A stretch of 64,000 nt of DNA from Bacillota bacterium (GCA_021324295.1 JAJPJJ010000082.1:96316-160315); one strand, 5' to 3'. Positions 47,345-57,729 are shown, numbered from the stretch's first letter. The notes: a model not told the origin generated them from the letters alone. Translations and numbers: made by a program.

Positions 47345-48820
47345 ATGCGCCTCTCGATCCTCGAGGAGGTCCCGCGCGGCCGGTTGTTCATCGGCGGCGA
47401 GTGGGTGCGGGCCGCCTCCGGCCGCTCGTTTCCGACCTACAACCCCGCCACCGGGGAGATCCTGGACCGCGTGCCGCTCGCCGAGGAGGCCGACGTCGGG
47501 CGCGCCGTGGACGCGGCCCGGGCCGCGCTTCCGGCGTGGGCCGCGACGCCGGGCCCCGAGCGCGGCGCCCGGCTGCGGGCCCTCGCCGCGGCTCTGCGCG
47601 AGCACCGGCAGGAGTTCGCGCGCCTCGACGCGCTCAACTCCGGCAACGTCATCTCCGGCATGCGGCGGGACGTGGAGTGGGCGGCCGAGTCGCTGGAGTA
47701 CTTCGCCGGGCTCATCCCCGAGTTGAAGGGCGAGACGCTGCCGGAGGAGCCGACGGCCTTCTCCTACACCGTCCGCGAGCCGTTCGGGGTCGTCGGCAAG
47801 ATCAACCCATTCAACCACCCGATCCGGTTCGCGGCCGAGAAGCTCGCGGCTCCGCTCGCCGCCGGCAACACGGTCGTGGTGAAGCCGCCCGAGCAGGCGC
47901 CGCTCTCCTCGCTGGCCCTGGCCCGGGTGCTCGCCGGCATCTTCCCGCCGGGGGTCGTGAACATCGTCACCGGGGACGGCCCAACGACCGGCGCGGCCCT
48001 GGTGCGGCATCCCCTCGTGCGGCGGATCGCGCTGATCGGGTCCGTCGAGGCGGGGCGCGCGGTGATGCGGGCGGCGGCCGCGGAGCTCAAGACGGTCACC
48101 CTGGAGCTGGGCGGCAAGAACCCGATCATCGTGCTCCCGGACGTCGACCCGGACGAGGCGGCGGCCGCCGCCGTGGCCGCGATGAACTTCAACCGCGCAG
48201 GCCAGTCGTGCAGCAGCACGTCCCGCGCGTTCGTCCACCGGCGGCTCCACGACGCCTTCGTGGAGGCCGTGAGGTGCCGCCTCGCCCGTCTGCGCCTGGG
48301 GCTCCCGGAGCACGACGAGAGCGAGATGGGTCCGCTCGTCTCGCGCGAACAGCACGAGCGGGTGCTGGGCTACATCGAGGCCGGCCGGCGCGAGGGTGCG
48401 CGCCTCGTGTGCGGCGGCGGCGTGCCCGACGATCCCACCCTCCGCCGGGGGTTCTTTGTGCAGCCGACGCTGTTCGACGGCGTGCGACCGGAGATGCGCA
48501 TCGCGCAGGAGGAGATCTTCGGGCCCGTGCTGGCGGTGCTCGCCTGGGACGATGAGGAGGAGATGCTCCGCCAGGTCAACGGCGTGATCTACGGGCTGAG
48601 CGCGGCGATCTACACGCGCGACTACGCCGCGGCGCACCGGCTCGCCCGGCGGATCGAGGCCGGGTACATCTGGGTCAACATCCCGGGCGGCCACGCCCTC
48701 GGCTCGCCGTACGGCGGCCTCAAGCAGAGCGGGATCGGGCGGGAGGAGTGCCTGGACGAGCTGCTGAGCTACACGCAGGTCAAGAGCGTCCGCATGCGCC
48801 TGCCCGCAGGCCCAGCGTGA
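47345..48820 (+). CDS. NAD(P)-dependent aldehyde dehydrogenase (PhdK-like subfamily)
   Basis: PFNHP, KPPEQAPLS, LELGGKNP, GQSCSS (catalytic Cys), EEIFGP, GGLKQSG. Confidence 0.92.
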   Translation: MRLSILEEVPRGRLFIGGEWVRAASGRSFPTYNPATGEILDRVPLAEEADVGRAVDAARAALPAWAATPGPERGARLRALAAALREHRQEFARLDALNSGNVISGMRRDVEWAAESLEYFAGLIPELKGETLPEEPTAFSYTVREPFGVVGKINPFNHPIRFAAEKLAAPLAAGNTVVVKPPEQAPLSSLALARVLAGIFPPGVVNIVTGDGPTTGAALVRHPLVRRIALIGSVEAGRAVMRAAAAELKTVTLELGGKNPIIVLPDVDPDEAAAAAVAAMNFNRAGQSCSSTSRAFVHRRLHDAFVEAVRCRLARLRLGLPEHDESEMGPLVSREQHERVLGYIEAGRREGARLVCGGGVPDDPTLRRGFFVQPTLFDGVRPEMRIAQEEIFGPVLAVLAWDDEEEMLRQVNGVIYGLSAAIYTRDYAAAHRLARRIEAGYIWVNIPGGHALGSPYGGLKQSGIGREECLDELLSYTQVKSVRMRLPAGPA

Positions 48821-48836
48821 GGGAAGGAGGATCACC

Positions 48837-50222
48837 ATGCCCGGCCCGGTAACGCAGCGTACAGGCCAACCGCTTTCCGCGTCCGTCGCCTCCCGCGTGC
48901 TGGAGGACGACCGGCGGTACCTCCTGCACTCCTGGTCGGCGCAGAAATCGCGCCGGCCGATCGTCATCGCCGGGGGACAGGGGGCGATGTTCTGGGACGC
49001 CGAAGGGAGGCGGTACCTCGATTTCGCCTCCCAGCTCGTGAACGTCAACCTGGGGTTTGGGCATCCCCGCGTGGTGAGGGCGATCCAGGAGCAGGCGGCG
49101 GAGGTGTGCTACGTGGCGCCGGAGTTCGCGAGCGGCCCCCGCAGCGCGCTCGCGCGCGCCGTGGCCGAGGTGACGCCGGGGGACCTCAATCGCGTGTTCT
49201 TCACAACCGGCGGCGCCACGGCGAACGAGGCGGCGATCCGGATGGCGCGGCTGGCCACCGGCCGCCAGAAGGTCATCACCCGGCGCCGCAGCTACCACGG
49301 GGCGACCGCCGGGGCGCTCTCGGTCTCCGGGGACCCGCGGCGGCGGGGCGCCGAGCCGGGGGTGTGGGGGACCGTGGTCGCGGAGGACCCGTTCTGTTAT
49401 CGCTGCCCGTTCGGCCTGGAGTATCCCGCCTGCGGCATCCGCTGCGCCGACCACATCGGGGAGATCATCGAGTTCGAAGATCCGGACACCGTGGCCGCGG
49501 TCATCGTGGAGACGATCACCGGGAGCAACGCCCGCATCGTGCCTCCGCCCGAGTACTATCCGCGCCTGCGGGAGATCTGCGACCGCTACGGCGTGCTCTT
49601 GATCTGCGACGAGGTGATGGCCGGATTCGGCCGCACCGGCCGGTGGTTTGCGATCGACCACTACGGCGTCGTCCCGGACATGATGACGCTCGGCAAAGGG
49701 ATCACGTCCGGGTACGTGCCGCTCGGGGCCGTCGCCGTGTCGGACCGCGTGGCGTCCTTCTTCGAGTCGAACGTGCTGCTGACCGGTGCGACGTACAGCG
49801 GCCACCCGCTCGCCTGCGCGGCGGGCGTGGCCACCCTGGCCGCGTACCACGAGGAGGGGCTCATCGAGCGCGCGCGGGTTCTCGGGGAGCGCTTGATCGC
49901 GCGGCTGGCCGAGATCGGGGAGCGCCACCCCGCCGTGGGCGACGTGCGGGGGAAGGGGCTCTTCGCCTGCATCGAGCTGGTGCGCGACCGCGCCACCCGG
50001 GAGCCGCTGGTGCCGTGGACGCCCCGCGGGGCGCAGGAGAAGCACCCGGCGATCTCCGCCACGCTGCGGGCCATGCTCGAGCGCGGCGTGTACGCCTACG
50101 CGAAGTGGAACATGATCATGCTCGCGCCGCCACTCGTCATCACCGAGGCCGAGCTCGAGGGGGGCCTCGACGCGATCGACGCGGCGCTGGCGGTAGCCGA
50201 CGAGCATGCGGGCCGCACGTGA
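48837..50222 (+). CDS. Class III PLP aminotransferase (omega-amine/taurine-type)
   Basis: YLDFASQLVNVNLG, SYHGAT, DEVMAGFGRTG, GKGITSGYVPLG, TYSGHPLAC. Confidence 0.9.
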   Translation: MPGPVTQRTGQPLSASVASRVLEDDRRYLLHSWSAQKSRRPIVIAGGQGAMFWDAEGRRYLDFASQLVNVNLGFGHPRVVRAIQEQAAEVCYVAPEFASGPRSALARAVAEVTPGDLNRVFFTTGGATANEAAIRMARLATGRQKVITRRRSYHGATAGALSVSGDPRRRGAEPGVWGTVVAEDPFCYRCPFGLEYPACGIRCADHIGEIIEFEDPDTVAAVIVETITGSNARIVPPPEYYPRLREICDRYGVLLICDEVMAGFGRTGRWFAIDHYGVVPDMMTLGKGITSGYVPLGAVAVSDRVASFFESNVLLTGATYSGHPLACAAGVATLAAYHEEGLIERARVLGERLIARLAEIGERHPAVGDVRGKGLFACIELVRDRATREPLVPWTPRGAQEKHPAISATLRAMLERGVYAYAKWNMIMLAPPLVITEAELEGGLDAIDAALAVADEHAGRT

Positions 50223-50251
50223 GGCCCGGTCCGTCGGGGGAGCACCCTCTC

Positions 50252-51346
50252 GTGAGCGGGCGTGCGCGCGTGGTCCTGCTCGGCATCGACGGGTGCCCGG
50301 CTGAGCAGCTCTCGCCGTCCCTCACGCCCCGCCTGTGGGCGATGGGCGCGGACGGCGGGCTTACGCTGTCCGGCCGCGCTCCCCTGCCGTCTTCGACGTA
50401 CCCGTGCTTCGCCACGCTGCTGACCGGCTGCCTGCCGTCCCGGCACGAGGTCCGGGCGACCGCCCGGCGGCCCGGCGTCGTGCCCGGTTGGGCGGGGCAG
50501 CCGCAAGTGGCTGTGCCGACGCTCTTCGACGCGTGCCGCGCCGCCGGCCTGCAAAGCGCCGCGGTCCAGGGCGACCACCTGCTGCACGCCGTTCTCCGGA
50601 CCGAGGCCGCCGACGTGACCTGGCCGCCGGGCGGGGTCCCGCCGCCCGGGGTTCCCCTGGATGCCCACGGGTACCCGACCAACGCGGCCGTCCGCCCGCA
50701 TCTGCTCGCCGCGGCCCGCGATCCGGCGATCGACTTCCTCTTCGGCCATCTCAACGAAGGCGATACGCTCGGCCACGACCTCGGCCCCGATGCGGCCGCC
50801 GCGCGGGCGAGCTACGCGGAGGCCGATCGCATCGCCGGGGAGCTGCTCGATGCGCTGCGGCCCGCGTGGACGCGCACGGTCGTGATCGTCCTGTCCGACC
50901 ACGGGATGGAGCCCCGCACCGGCCGGGCTCCGATCGACCTGCTGAACTCACCCCCCGTCCGCGCGCTCGTGGCGGACGTGCTCGGCGACGGCGGCGCCGC
51001 GCTGGTGCGGCCGCGCGACGGGGTCACGCCGCGGGATGCCGGGGCGGCGCTGGCGGACGTCCCCGGGGTCGCGGGATGGGGGGGCGGCGACCCGGGGCCG
51101 ATCGTCGCCGAAGCCCAGCGCGGGTGGATCTTCGCGACGCCGAGGCTCCCGCTCCGGGGATTCCACGGCGGGCCGGCAACGGCCCGCACCTTCGCCGTGG
51201 TCGGCGGAGGCCACCGGGCGGTGCCCGCGCTCGCTCGGTCGATGGCGGCGCGGCCGCCGCACCTGGCCGATTGGGCGCCTACGATCGCCCGGCTCCTGGG
51301 CCTCGAGATGCCCGGAGCCGACGGCCGGTCGCTGCTGGAGGAGTAG
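50252..51346 (+). CDS. Alkaline phosphatase superfamily (NPP/PhnA-like) hydrolase
   Basis: GIDGC, PSSTYP (Thr nucleophile position), DTLGH, LSDHGM, GFHGG. Confidence 0.8.
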   Translation: MSGRARVVLLGIDGCPAEQLSPSLTPRLWAMGADGGLTLSGRAPLPSSTYPCFATLLTGCLPSRHEVRATARRPGVVPGWAGQPQVAVPTLFDACRAAGLQSAAVQGDHLLHAVLRTEAADVTWPPGGVPPPGVPLDAHGYPTNAAVRPHLLAAARDPAIDFLFGHLNEGDTLGHDLGPDAAAARASYAEADRIAGELLDALRPAWTRTVVIVLSDHGMEPRTGRAPIDLLNSPPVRALVADVLGDGGAALVRPRDGVTPRDAGAALADVPGVAGWGGGDPGPIVAEAQRGWIFATPRLPLRGFHGGPATARTFAVVGGGHRAVPALARSMAARPPHLADWAPTIARLLGLEMPGADGRSLLEE

Positions 51347-51633
51347 GGGTGCCGGGCCGGACGCACGCCGCAGCTGAGGAGGATTTTCGCCCCCCCGGGA
51401 AAAGTAAGGTGGCCACAGCCGGACCGGGCGCGATGGTGCACAGGCCGTTGCGTCCACTCGTTCCCCCGGGCCGGACGGTCTCGGACCGTCCACCGGGGCC
51501 TCCGCCGCACCCCGGTAGGCTGCGGACCCGCGGGCATGACCCGATCCCATCGCAGGCGCAGGACCGGGCGTGGTGACGGGGCGGGATCGAGGGCAACAGG
51601 GCAGCATGCAGTGAGCACGGGAGGGGGTGGGGG

Positions 51634-52878
51634 ATGCGTATCGTCAGACGATTGCTGCTGATCGGCGTCGTCGCGGTGGTGGGTGCCGGGATGATCCTGG
51701 TCCCGGTCAAGACGTTGCTGGGCGCGGCGGAACCCATCAAGCTCGGCTGGGTGGGGCCGCTGTCGCCGCCGGGCGGGTACGCCGATGGCCAGCTCATGAA
51801 GGACGCGGCGACGCTCGCCGTCGATGAGATCAACGCCAAGGGCGGGGTGCTCGGCCGGCCCATCCAGGTGAGCTATCAGGACACGCGCGGCCTGCCCGAA
51901 GAGGGCACCGCCGCCGCGGAGCGGTTGATCTCCCAGGAGCACGTCGTCGCCATCATGGGCGAGTTCCACAGCTCGGTGTTCCTGGCCGAGATGGAAGTGG
52001 CCCACAAGAACGGGATCCCGATCGTGGCCGTCGATGTCTGGGCCAACAAGATCACGGCTGCGGGCTATCCCGAGGTGTTCCGCGTGGCTCCCTGCCAGGC
52101 GCTCATCGCGACGCAGTGGGGCAACTGGATGGTGGCGGCGGGCTTCAAGAACGTCGCCATCATCTACGAGAAGACCGACGGCGGGCAGAGCGCCCGGGAC
52201 GTCCTGCTGCCGATCCTGCAGGCACACGGCGTCCGCTACGACGTCGTCGGCGCCGACCTCAACCAGACGGACTTCACGGCGCAGATCGAGCGGTTCAAGA
52301 CCCACACCCCGCCGTACGATCTGTTCCACACGATCTACAGCGAAGCGGGGCTCTACCCGATGGTGCAGCAGGCCCACAGCGCCGGGTTCGCGCCGACGGC
52401 CCGCACGGGCATCAGCAACACCGGCGGCCCGGCGACGACCCCGACGTTCTGGAAGAACGTGGGCGACGCGGGGAAGTACCTCGTGACCGAAGTGGTCGGG
52501 CTCCCCAAGGCCAAGTGGAACAACATCACCCGGGCGTTCGTGGCGAACTTCACCAAGCGGTTCAACAGCCCGCCGACCCCGCAGGCGATCGAGAACTACG
52601 ACGCGACGTACATCATCGTGGACGCGATCAAGCGCGCCGGGGGCACCGATCCCAAGGCCCTCATCGCGGCGCTGGAGAAGACGACGTGGGTCGGAGGCCG
52701 CGGCAAGTACTCGTTCGCGACGGATCACAACCCCGACTGGCACTACCACCAGTTCGTCGACGCGCCCGTGAACCTCGTCCAGTTTGACAAGGTCGGCCAG
52801 ACCCCGGATGACGCGCCGGTCGTGTGGCCGAGGAGCCTCGCGACCGTGCAGTATACGTACAAGCGGCCGCCGCAGTGA
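51634..52878 (+). CDS. Branched-chain amino acid-type (HAAT) ABC substrate-binding protein
   Basis: Signal peptide; EPIKLG..GPLS, AVDEINAKGGVLGRP, YDATYII. Confidence 0.9.
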   Translation: MRIVRRLLLIGVVAVVGAGMILVPVKTLLGAAEPIKLGWVGPLSPPGGYADGQLMKDAATLAVDEINAKGGVLGRPIQVSYQDTRGLPEEGTAAAERLISQEHVVAIMGEFHSSVFLAEMEVAHKNGIPIVAVDVWANKITAAGYPEVFRVAPCQALIATQWGNWMVAAGFKNVAIIYEKTDGGQSARDVLLPILQAHGVRYDVVGADLNQTDFTAQIERFKTHTPPYDLFHTIYSEAGLYPMVQQAHSAGFAPTARTGISNTGGPATTPTFWKNVGDAGKYLVTEVVGLPKAKWNNITRAFVANFTKRFNSPPTPQAIENYDATYIIVDAIKRAGGTDPKALIAALEKTTWVGGRGKYSFATDHNPDWHYHQFVDAPVNLVQFDKVGQTPDDAPVVWPRSLATVQYTYKRPPQ

Positions 52879-52989
52879 CCCGCGGCCCGCTCCGGTAACG
52901 CCAGCGTCGTGGGGAGGCCGGCACTCACGGGCCTGCCGTGGGGGCACGGCCTCCCCCGCCGTTCCATCGCGCGGAGCCGACGCCCGTAG

Positions 52990-53889
52990 ATGGACTATCT
53001 CCTCATCCAGGTCACCAACGGGGCCATCATCGGCATCATCTACGCTCTGATCGCCGTCGGCGTCACGATCATCTTTTCCATCCTGAAGATCGTCAACTTC
53101 GCGCACGGCGATCTCTACATGCTCGGCGGCTACACCGCGTACTACATCGTCACCTTCCTCGGCGTGCCGCCGCTCGGGGCGCTGTTCCTGTCGATGGCGG
53201 GGCTCTTCCTCTTCGGCATCGTCCTGGAGCGGCTGTTCCTGACGCCCCTCTATAGCGATCGCACCGAGCGGAAGGACGAGTACGGGCTCATCGTCACCTT
53301 CGGCCTGGCGTTCTTCCTGCGCAACACCGCCCTCATCGTCTTCGGCCCGTTCCCGCTCCGGCCCCCGTCGTTTGTGCCGGGCGTCGTGCACGTCGGGGGT
53401 CTGGCCGTGACCAACGACCGGATCGTCGCCGGGGCCGTCGGGGTGCTCCTGATCCTCGCGCTCCTCTACTTCATGCATCGGACGATCTGGGGGCAGGCGC
53501 TGGATGCGGTGAGCCAGTCCCGGGACTCCGCGGCGATCGTCGGCATCAACCCGCGGCGGTTCAACTCGCTGGCGTTCGGGGTCGGCGCCGCCCTCGCGGC
53601 CGCGGCGAGCGCGCTCATCGCGCCGATCTACTCGCTCTCCCCCGGCATGGGGGTGCTGCCCAACATCCAGGCTTACGTCATCGTGATCCTGGGCGGCATG
53701 GGCTCGGTGCTCGGCAGCATCGTGGCCGGGATCCTCCTCGGGGAGGCGGAGGGCCTCTTCACCGCGTTCTTTCCGGATCCGACGCGGGCCCTCGCCTACA
53801 CCAACGCCTTCGGCGTGCTCGTGCTGATGATCGCCCTGATCCTCCGGCCGACCGGGCTCTTCGGCCGACGCCACGTGCGGATGGAGTAG
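52990..53889 (+). CDS. livH: HAAT ABC permease (LivH-like)
   Basis: IVNFAHGD, ILGGMGS, LRPTGLFG. Confidence 0.88.
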   Translation: MDYLLIQVTNGAIIGIIYALIAVGVTIIFSILKIVNFAHGDLYMLGGYTAYYIVTFLGVPPLGALFLSMAGLFLFGIVLERLFLTPLYSDRTERKDEYGLIVTFGLAFFLRNTALIVFGPFPLRPPSFVPGVVHVGGLAVTNDRIVAGAVGVLLILALLYFMHRTIWGQALDAVSQSRDSAAIVGINPRRFNSLAFGVGAALAAAASALIAPIYSLSPGMGVLPNIQAYVIVILGGMGSVLGSIVAGILLGEAEGLFTAFFPDPTRALAYTNAFGVLVLMIALILRPTGLFGRRHVRME

Positions 53890-53892
53890 GAC

Positions 53893-54867
53893 GTGCGCGG
53901 GCTCCACATCTACATCGCGCTCGCCGTCGCGGTCCTGTCGTTGGTCTCCGCGCGCACCCTCAACGCGTACTGGATGCACGTCGCGATCATCGCGATGTTC
54001 TACGGCATCCTGGCGTCGAGCTGGTCGCTGCTGGCCGGGTACGCAGGGCTGTTCTCGCTGGGCCACATGGCGTTCGCCTCGCTCGGCGGCTACACCTCGG
54101 CGCTCCTCGTCCAGTGGTACCACATCCCGATCCCGCTCGGGATGGCCGCCGGCGTGGCGCTGTGCACCGTCGCGGGGGGCCTGATCGGGTGGGTCTGCCT
54201 GCGCATGAGCGGCCCGTACCTCGCGATCTTCACCCTGGGGTTCTCGGAGATCGTGCGGATCGTGCTCTCGACCGAGGACCAGGTCACCGCCGGCATGGCC
54301 GGGCTGCACACGGCCCCGCTGTTCCGCGCGCCCACGGACCTCCCCTACTACTACACGGCGTTCGGTCTGCTTCTTTTCGCTCTCGCGGTGCTGATCCTCA
54401 TCACCCGGTCCCGGTGGGGACTCTTCCTCCGCGCCCTGCGGGAGGACGAGCAGGCGGCGGCGGCCTGCGGGGTGGCGGTCGCGCGGTTCCGGATCCTCGC
54501 GTTCGCCATCGCGAGCGGGCTCGCCGCGCTCGCGGGCGGCTTCTACGCGCACTACATCGGCATCCTCACCCCGAGCCTCGGCTCGCTCGACCTCATGGCC
54601 GTGGTCGTCGTGATGGCCGTGATCGGCGGGATGGAGCGGATCCCCACCGCGGTCGGCGGCGCCTTCGGCATCGAGGTGCTCCAGGAGACGCTGCGGGCCT
54701 ACGGGCAGTGGCGGCTCGTCCTGTTCGGCATCATCCTGCTGCTCACGATGCGGTTCGCGCGGAACGGCCTGCTCACGCCGTTGTGGAGGCTGCTCACCGG
54801 GATCGGCGAGGCACGGCGGCCGGCGCCGGCGCCGCGGGGCATCGGCCCCGAGGGGTCGCGGCCGTGA
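53893..54867 (+). CDS. livM: HAAT ABC permease (LivM-like)
   Basis: GYAGLFSLGH, GPYLAIFTLGF, ALREDEQAA, VIGG. Confidence 0.88.
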   Translation: MRGLHIYIALAVAVLSLVSARTLNAYWMHVAIIAMFYGILASSWSLLAGYAGLFSLGHMAFASLGGYTSALLVQWYHIPIPLGMAAGVALCTVAGGLIGWVCLRMSGPYLAIFTLGFSEIVRIVLSTEDQVTAGMAGLHTAPLFRAPTDLPYYYTAFGLLLFALAVLILITRSRWGLFLRALREDEQAAAACGVAVARFRILAFAIASGLAALAGGFYAHYIGILTPSLGSLDLMAVVVVMAVIGGMERIPTAVGGAFGIEVLQETLRAYGQWRLVLFGIILLLTMRFARNGLLTPLWRLLTGIGEARRPAPAPRGIGPEGSRP

Positions 54868-55589
54868 CCGGCGACGTGCTCGTGCGGGGCGAGGGGCTCC
54901 GGAAGCGGTTCGGCGGCATCGCCGCCGTCGACGGCGTCGACTTCGCCGTCGCCCGCGGCGATCTCATCGGCCTCATCGGCCCGAACGGCTCCGGCAAGAC
55001 GACGCTCATCAACCTGCTCACCGGCCACCTCGCGCCCGACGCCGGAACGGTCGTCCTCGGGCGCGCCACGGTGGCCGGGGCTCCGCCGTACGTCTTCGCG
55101 GGGCTCGGCGTGGCGCGGACCTTCCAGCTGACCCAGCTCTTCGGCCGCATGACCGTGCTCGAGAACATGCTGGTGCCCGGGCTCACCCGTCCGCATTCGA
55201 CGTGGCCGGGGGCGGCCGCGCGCGCCCGCGCGTATCTGGACTTCCTCAACCTGTCGCACGTGATGCATCTGGAGGCGAAGAACCTCTCCGGCGGCCAGCA
55301 GAAGCTCCTGGAGCTCGGACGGGCGCTCATGCTCGAGCCGACGCTCCTATTCCTCGACGAGCCGTTCGCCGGCGTCCACCCGCACCTGCGGGACGAGCTG
55401 ATCAAGCGGATCCAGGAGCTGCACGCCTCGGGCCGCACGTTTGTCGTCGTCGACCACGATATGGAGTCCATCCTGCGGATCGCGCGGCGCCTGGTCGTGA
55501 TGGCGCGGGGGCGGAAGATCGCCGACGGGCCGCCGGGGGACGTGCGGGGGGACGCCGCGGTGCTCGCGGCGTACGCGGGGCTCCAATGA
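54864..55589 (+). CDS. livG: HAAT ABC ATPase (LivG-like)
   Basis: GPNGSGKTT, ARTFQ, LSGGQQK, LDEPFAG. Confidence 0.88.
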   Translation: MTGDVLVRGEGLRKRFGGIAAVDGVDFAVARGDLIGLIGPNGSGKTTLINLLTGHLAPDAGTVVLGRATVAGAPPYVFAGLGVARTFQLTQLFGRMTVLENMLVPGLTRPHSTWPGAAARARAYLDFLNLSHVMHLEAKNLSGGQQKLLELGRALMLEPTLLFLDEPFAGVHPHLRDELIKRIQELHASGRTFVVVDHDMESILRIARRLVVMARGRKIADGPPGDVRGDAAVLAAYAGLQ

Positions 55590-56335
55590 CGCCGGCCGCT
55601 CCGGCCCCCTGGCTCGTTGCGCGGGACCTCGTCGCGGGGTACCTGCCCGGGATCAGCATCCTGCGCGGGGTCTCGGTCGAGGCCGTGCCGGGGCAGGTCC
55701 GCTGCGTGCTCGGGCCGAACGGCACGGGCAAGTCCACGCTGCTCAAGGCACTGTTCGGGTTCCTGCCGCCCTGGGAAGGCGAGGTCGAGGTGGGCGGCCG
55801 CCGCGTCACGGGTCTCCTCCCGCACGAGATGCGCCTGCACGGCGTGGTCTACCTGCCGCAGCGCCCCAGCATCTTCCCCTACCTGTCGGTGGAGGTGAAC
55901 CTGCGGCTGGGGGCGTGGCAGTACAGGGGCCACCGGGGCCGGGTCGAGGAACTGGTCGGGCGCGCGGTCGAGCGGTTCCCGATCCTCGCAGAGAAGCGAC
56001 GCCAGCCCGCGGGCACGTTGAGCGGCGGGCAGCAGCGGCAGCTCGAGCTCGCCCGGAGCCTCATGCACGACCCGACCGTCTTCCTGATCGACGAGCCGAC
56101 CGCCGGCATCGAGCCGCGGGTGGCGGCGCAGATCTACGGCCTCATCAAGGACCTCGCCGCGCACGGCAAGGCGGTCCTGCTCGTGGATCAGAACATCAAG
56201 CGCGCGCTCGAGATCGCCGACTACGTGTACGTGATGCGCACGGGCACCGTGCTGTCCGAGGGCTCGAGGGAGACGTTCGGCGGCGACACGGAGGCGCTCG
56301 TCGCCCGCTGGCTGTACGCGAGCGGGAGCACGTAG
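55586..56335 (+). CDS. livF: HAAT ABC ATPase (LivF-like)
   Basis: GPNGTGKST, AGTLSGGQQ, IDEPTAG, VDQN. Confidence 0.88.
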   Translation: MTPAAPAPWLVARDLVAGYLPGISILRGVSVEAVPGQVRCVLGPNGTGKSTLLKALFGFLPPWEGEVEVGGRRVTGLLPHEMRLHGVVYLPQRPSIFPYLSVEVNLRLGAWQYRGHRGRVEELVGRAVERFPILAEKRRQPAGTLSGGQQRQLELARSLMHDPTVFLIDEPTAGIEPRVAAQIYGLIKDLAAHGKAVLLVDQNIKRALEIADYVYVMRTGTVLSEGSRETFGGDTEALVARWLYASGST

Positions 56336-56364
56336 ACGGGCCGGCGCCGGCCCCCCGGCGCGGC

Positions 56365-57729
56365 CTACGCGCCGCGTTCGACCTCCGCGAGGGACTCGTC
56401 GAGGATGTCGAGCGCCCGGTCCAGCTCCTCGCGCGCGATCACGAGCGGCGGCGCGAGGGTGAGGATGTTGCCCATCGTGACCTTGAGGCTCAGCCCGCGG
56501 GCCAGCGCCGCGTACATCACCGCCTCGGCCTCGTCGACCGCGCGCTCCCGCGTCGCGCGGTCCCGGACGAGCTCCGCGCCCAGCAGCAGCCCCAGCCCGC
56601 GCACGTCGCCGATGAGCGGGTGCGCGGCCTGCATGCTCCGCAGGCGCGCGAGCGCGCGGTCCCCCAGCTCGCGTGCGCGGCGCAGCAGCCCGTGCTCCTC
56701 GATGTAGGCGAGCGTCGCGAGCGCCGCGGCGCAGGCGACCGGGTTCTTCTCGTGCGTGTAGTGGCCCAGCGCCCGGTCGGGGGCCACGTCGAGGCCCGTG
56801 CGCGCGATCACCGCGGCGAGCGGGAGGATCCCGCCGCCGAGGCCCTTGCCGATCACGAGCACGTCCGGGACGACGCCGAACTGCTCGCAGGCGAACATCG
56901 TCCCGGTGCGGCCGAGCGCCGTGGGGATCTCGTCGAGGATGAGCAGCGTCCCGTGCCGGTCGCACGCGCGCCGGACGGTCTGCCAGAACTCCGGGTGCGG
57001 GATCGAGGGCGTGCTGCGGACCGTCTCGGCCACGACCGCGGCGACGTCGCCTTCCTTGTCCAGCACATACTCGATGTAGCGGGCGCAGGCGAGGTCGCAT
57101 CCCCCGCGCGCGTGGCACCCCCAGACACAGCGGTACGGGTCGGGCGGGGGGACGTGCTCGGTGCCGGGCAGCAGCGGGCCGGCGCCCCCGCGGAAGATCT
57201 CCTCGCCGCCGACGGAGATCGCGTCGAGCGACGCGCCGTGGAAGGAGTCCCACATCGAGATCGTCTTGTGGCGGCCCGTGGCAACCCGTGCCAGCTTGAG
57301 CGCGATGCCGATCGCCCCGGTGCCGCTCGGGCAGAAGAGCACCTTGGTGAGGTCTCCCGGGGCGAGCGCGGCCAGCCTCCGCGCCAGCGCGACCGCCGCC
57401 CGGTTGGTGTAACGCCGCGGACAGAAGCTGAGCTCGTCGAGCTGCGCCTTGATCGCCGCGATGACCTCGGGGTTGGCGAACCCCACCTGGTGGACGTAGT
57501 TGCCGTGGAAGTCCAGGTACCGGCGGCCCTGGAGATCCTCCACGTAGGCGCCCGCGCAGGCGCGCAGCGCGTTGAGGCACGGCGTGGAGAGGGCCTGGTG
57601 GACGAAGTAGCGCGCATCCTCGTCGAGCAGCGCGCGTGTCCCGGCGTCCAGCGACGCGGCCTGCCACCGGGCGCGTCGCGGGGAGATGTTGAGGTCTCCT
57701 TCGGACCGCAGGCGTGAGAGGTCGCTCAT
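56365..57729 (-). CDS. pbfA: (R)-1-hydroxy-2-aminoethylphosphonate ammonia-lyase (class III PLP fold)
   Basis: Characteristic N-terminus RSEGDLN..P.R..W...ED.RYFVHQALSTPCL, DFHGNYVHQ, PRRYTN, WDSFHGASLD, GHYTHEKNP, as I recall for the PbfA family. Confidence 0.8.
   Translation of the reverse strand: MSDLSRLRSEGDLNISPRRARWQAASLDAGTRALLDEDARYFVHQALSTPCLNALRACAGAYVEDLQGRRYLDFHGNYVHQVGFANPEVIAAIKAQLDELSFCPRRYTNRAAVALARRLAALAPGDLTKVLFCPSGTGAIGIALKLARVATGRHKTISMWDSFHGASLDAISVGGEEIFRGGAGPLLPGTEHVPPPDPYRCVWGCHARGGCDLACARYIEYVLDKEGDVAAVVAETVRSTPSIPHPEFWQTVRRACDRHGTLLILDEIPTALGRTGTMFACEQFGVVPDVLVIGKGLGGGILPLAAVIARTGLDVAPDRALGHYTHEKNPVACAAALATLAYIEEHGLLRRARELGDRALARLRSMQAAHPLIGDVRGLGLLLGAELVRDRATRERAVDEAEAVMYAALARGLSLKVTMGNILTLAPPLVIAREELDRALDILDESLAEVERGA

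Noticed and set aside
47345-51346. Naming the ALDH phnY and the hydrolase phnA
   Set aside because: The motifs fit the wider families (PhdK-like ALDH, generic NPP) rather than PhnY or PhnA as I recall them; kept only as a functional hypothesis.
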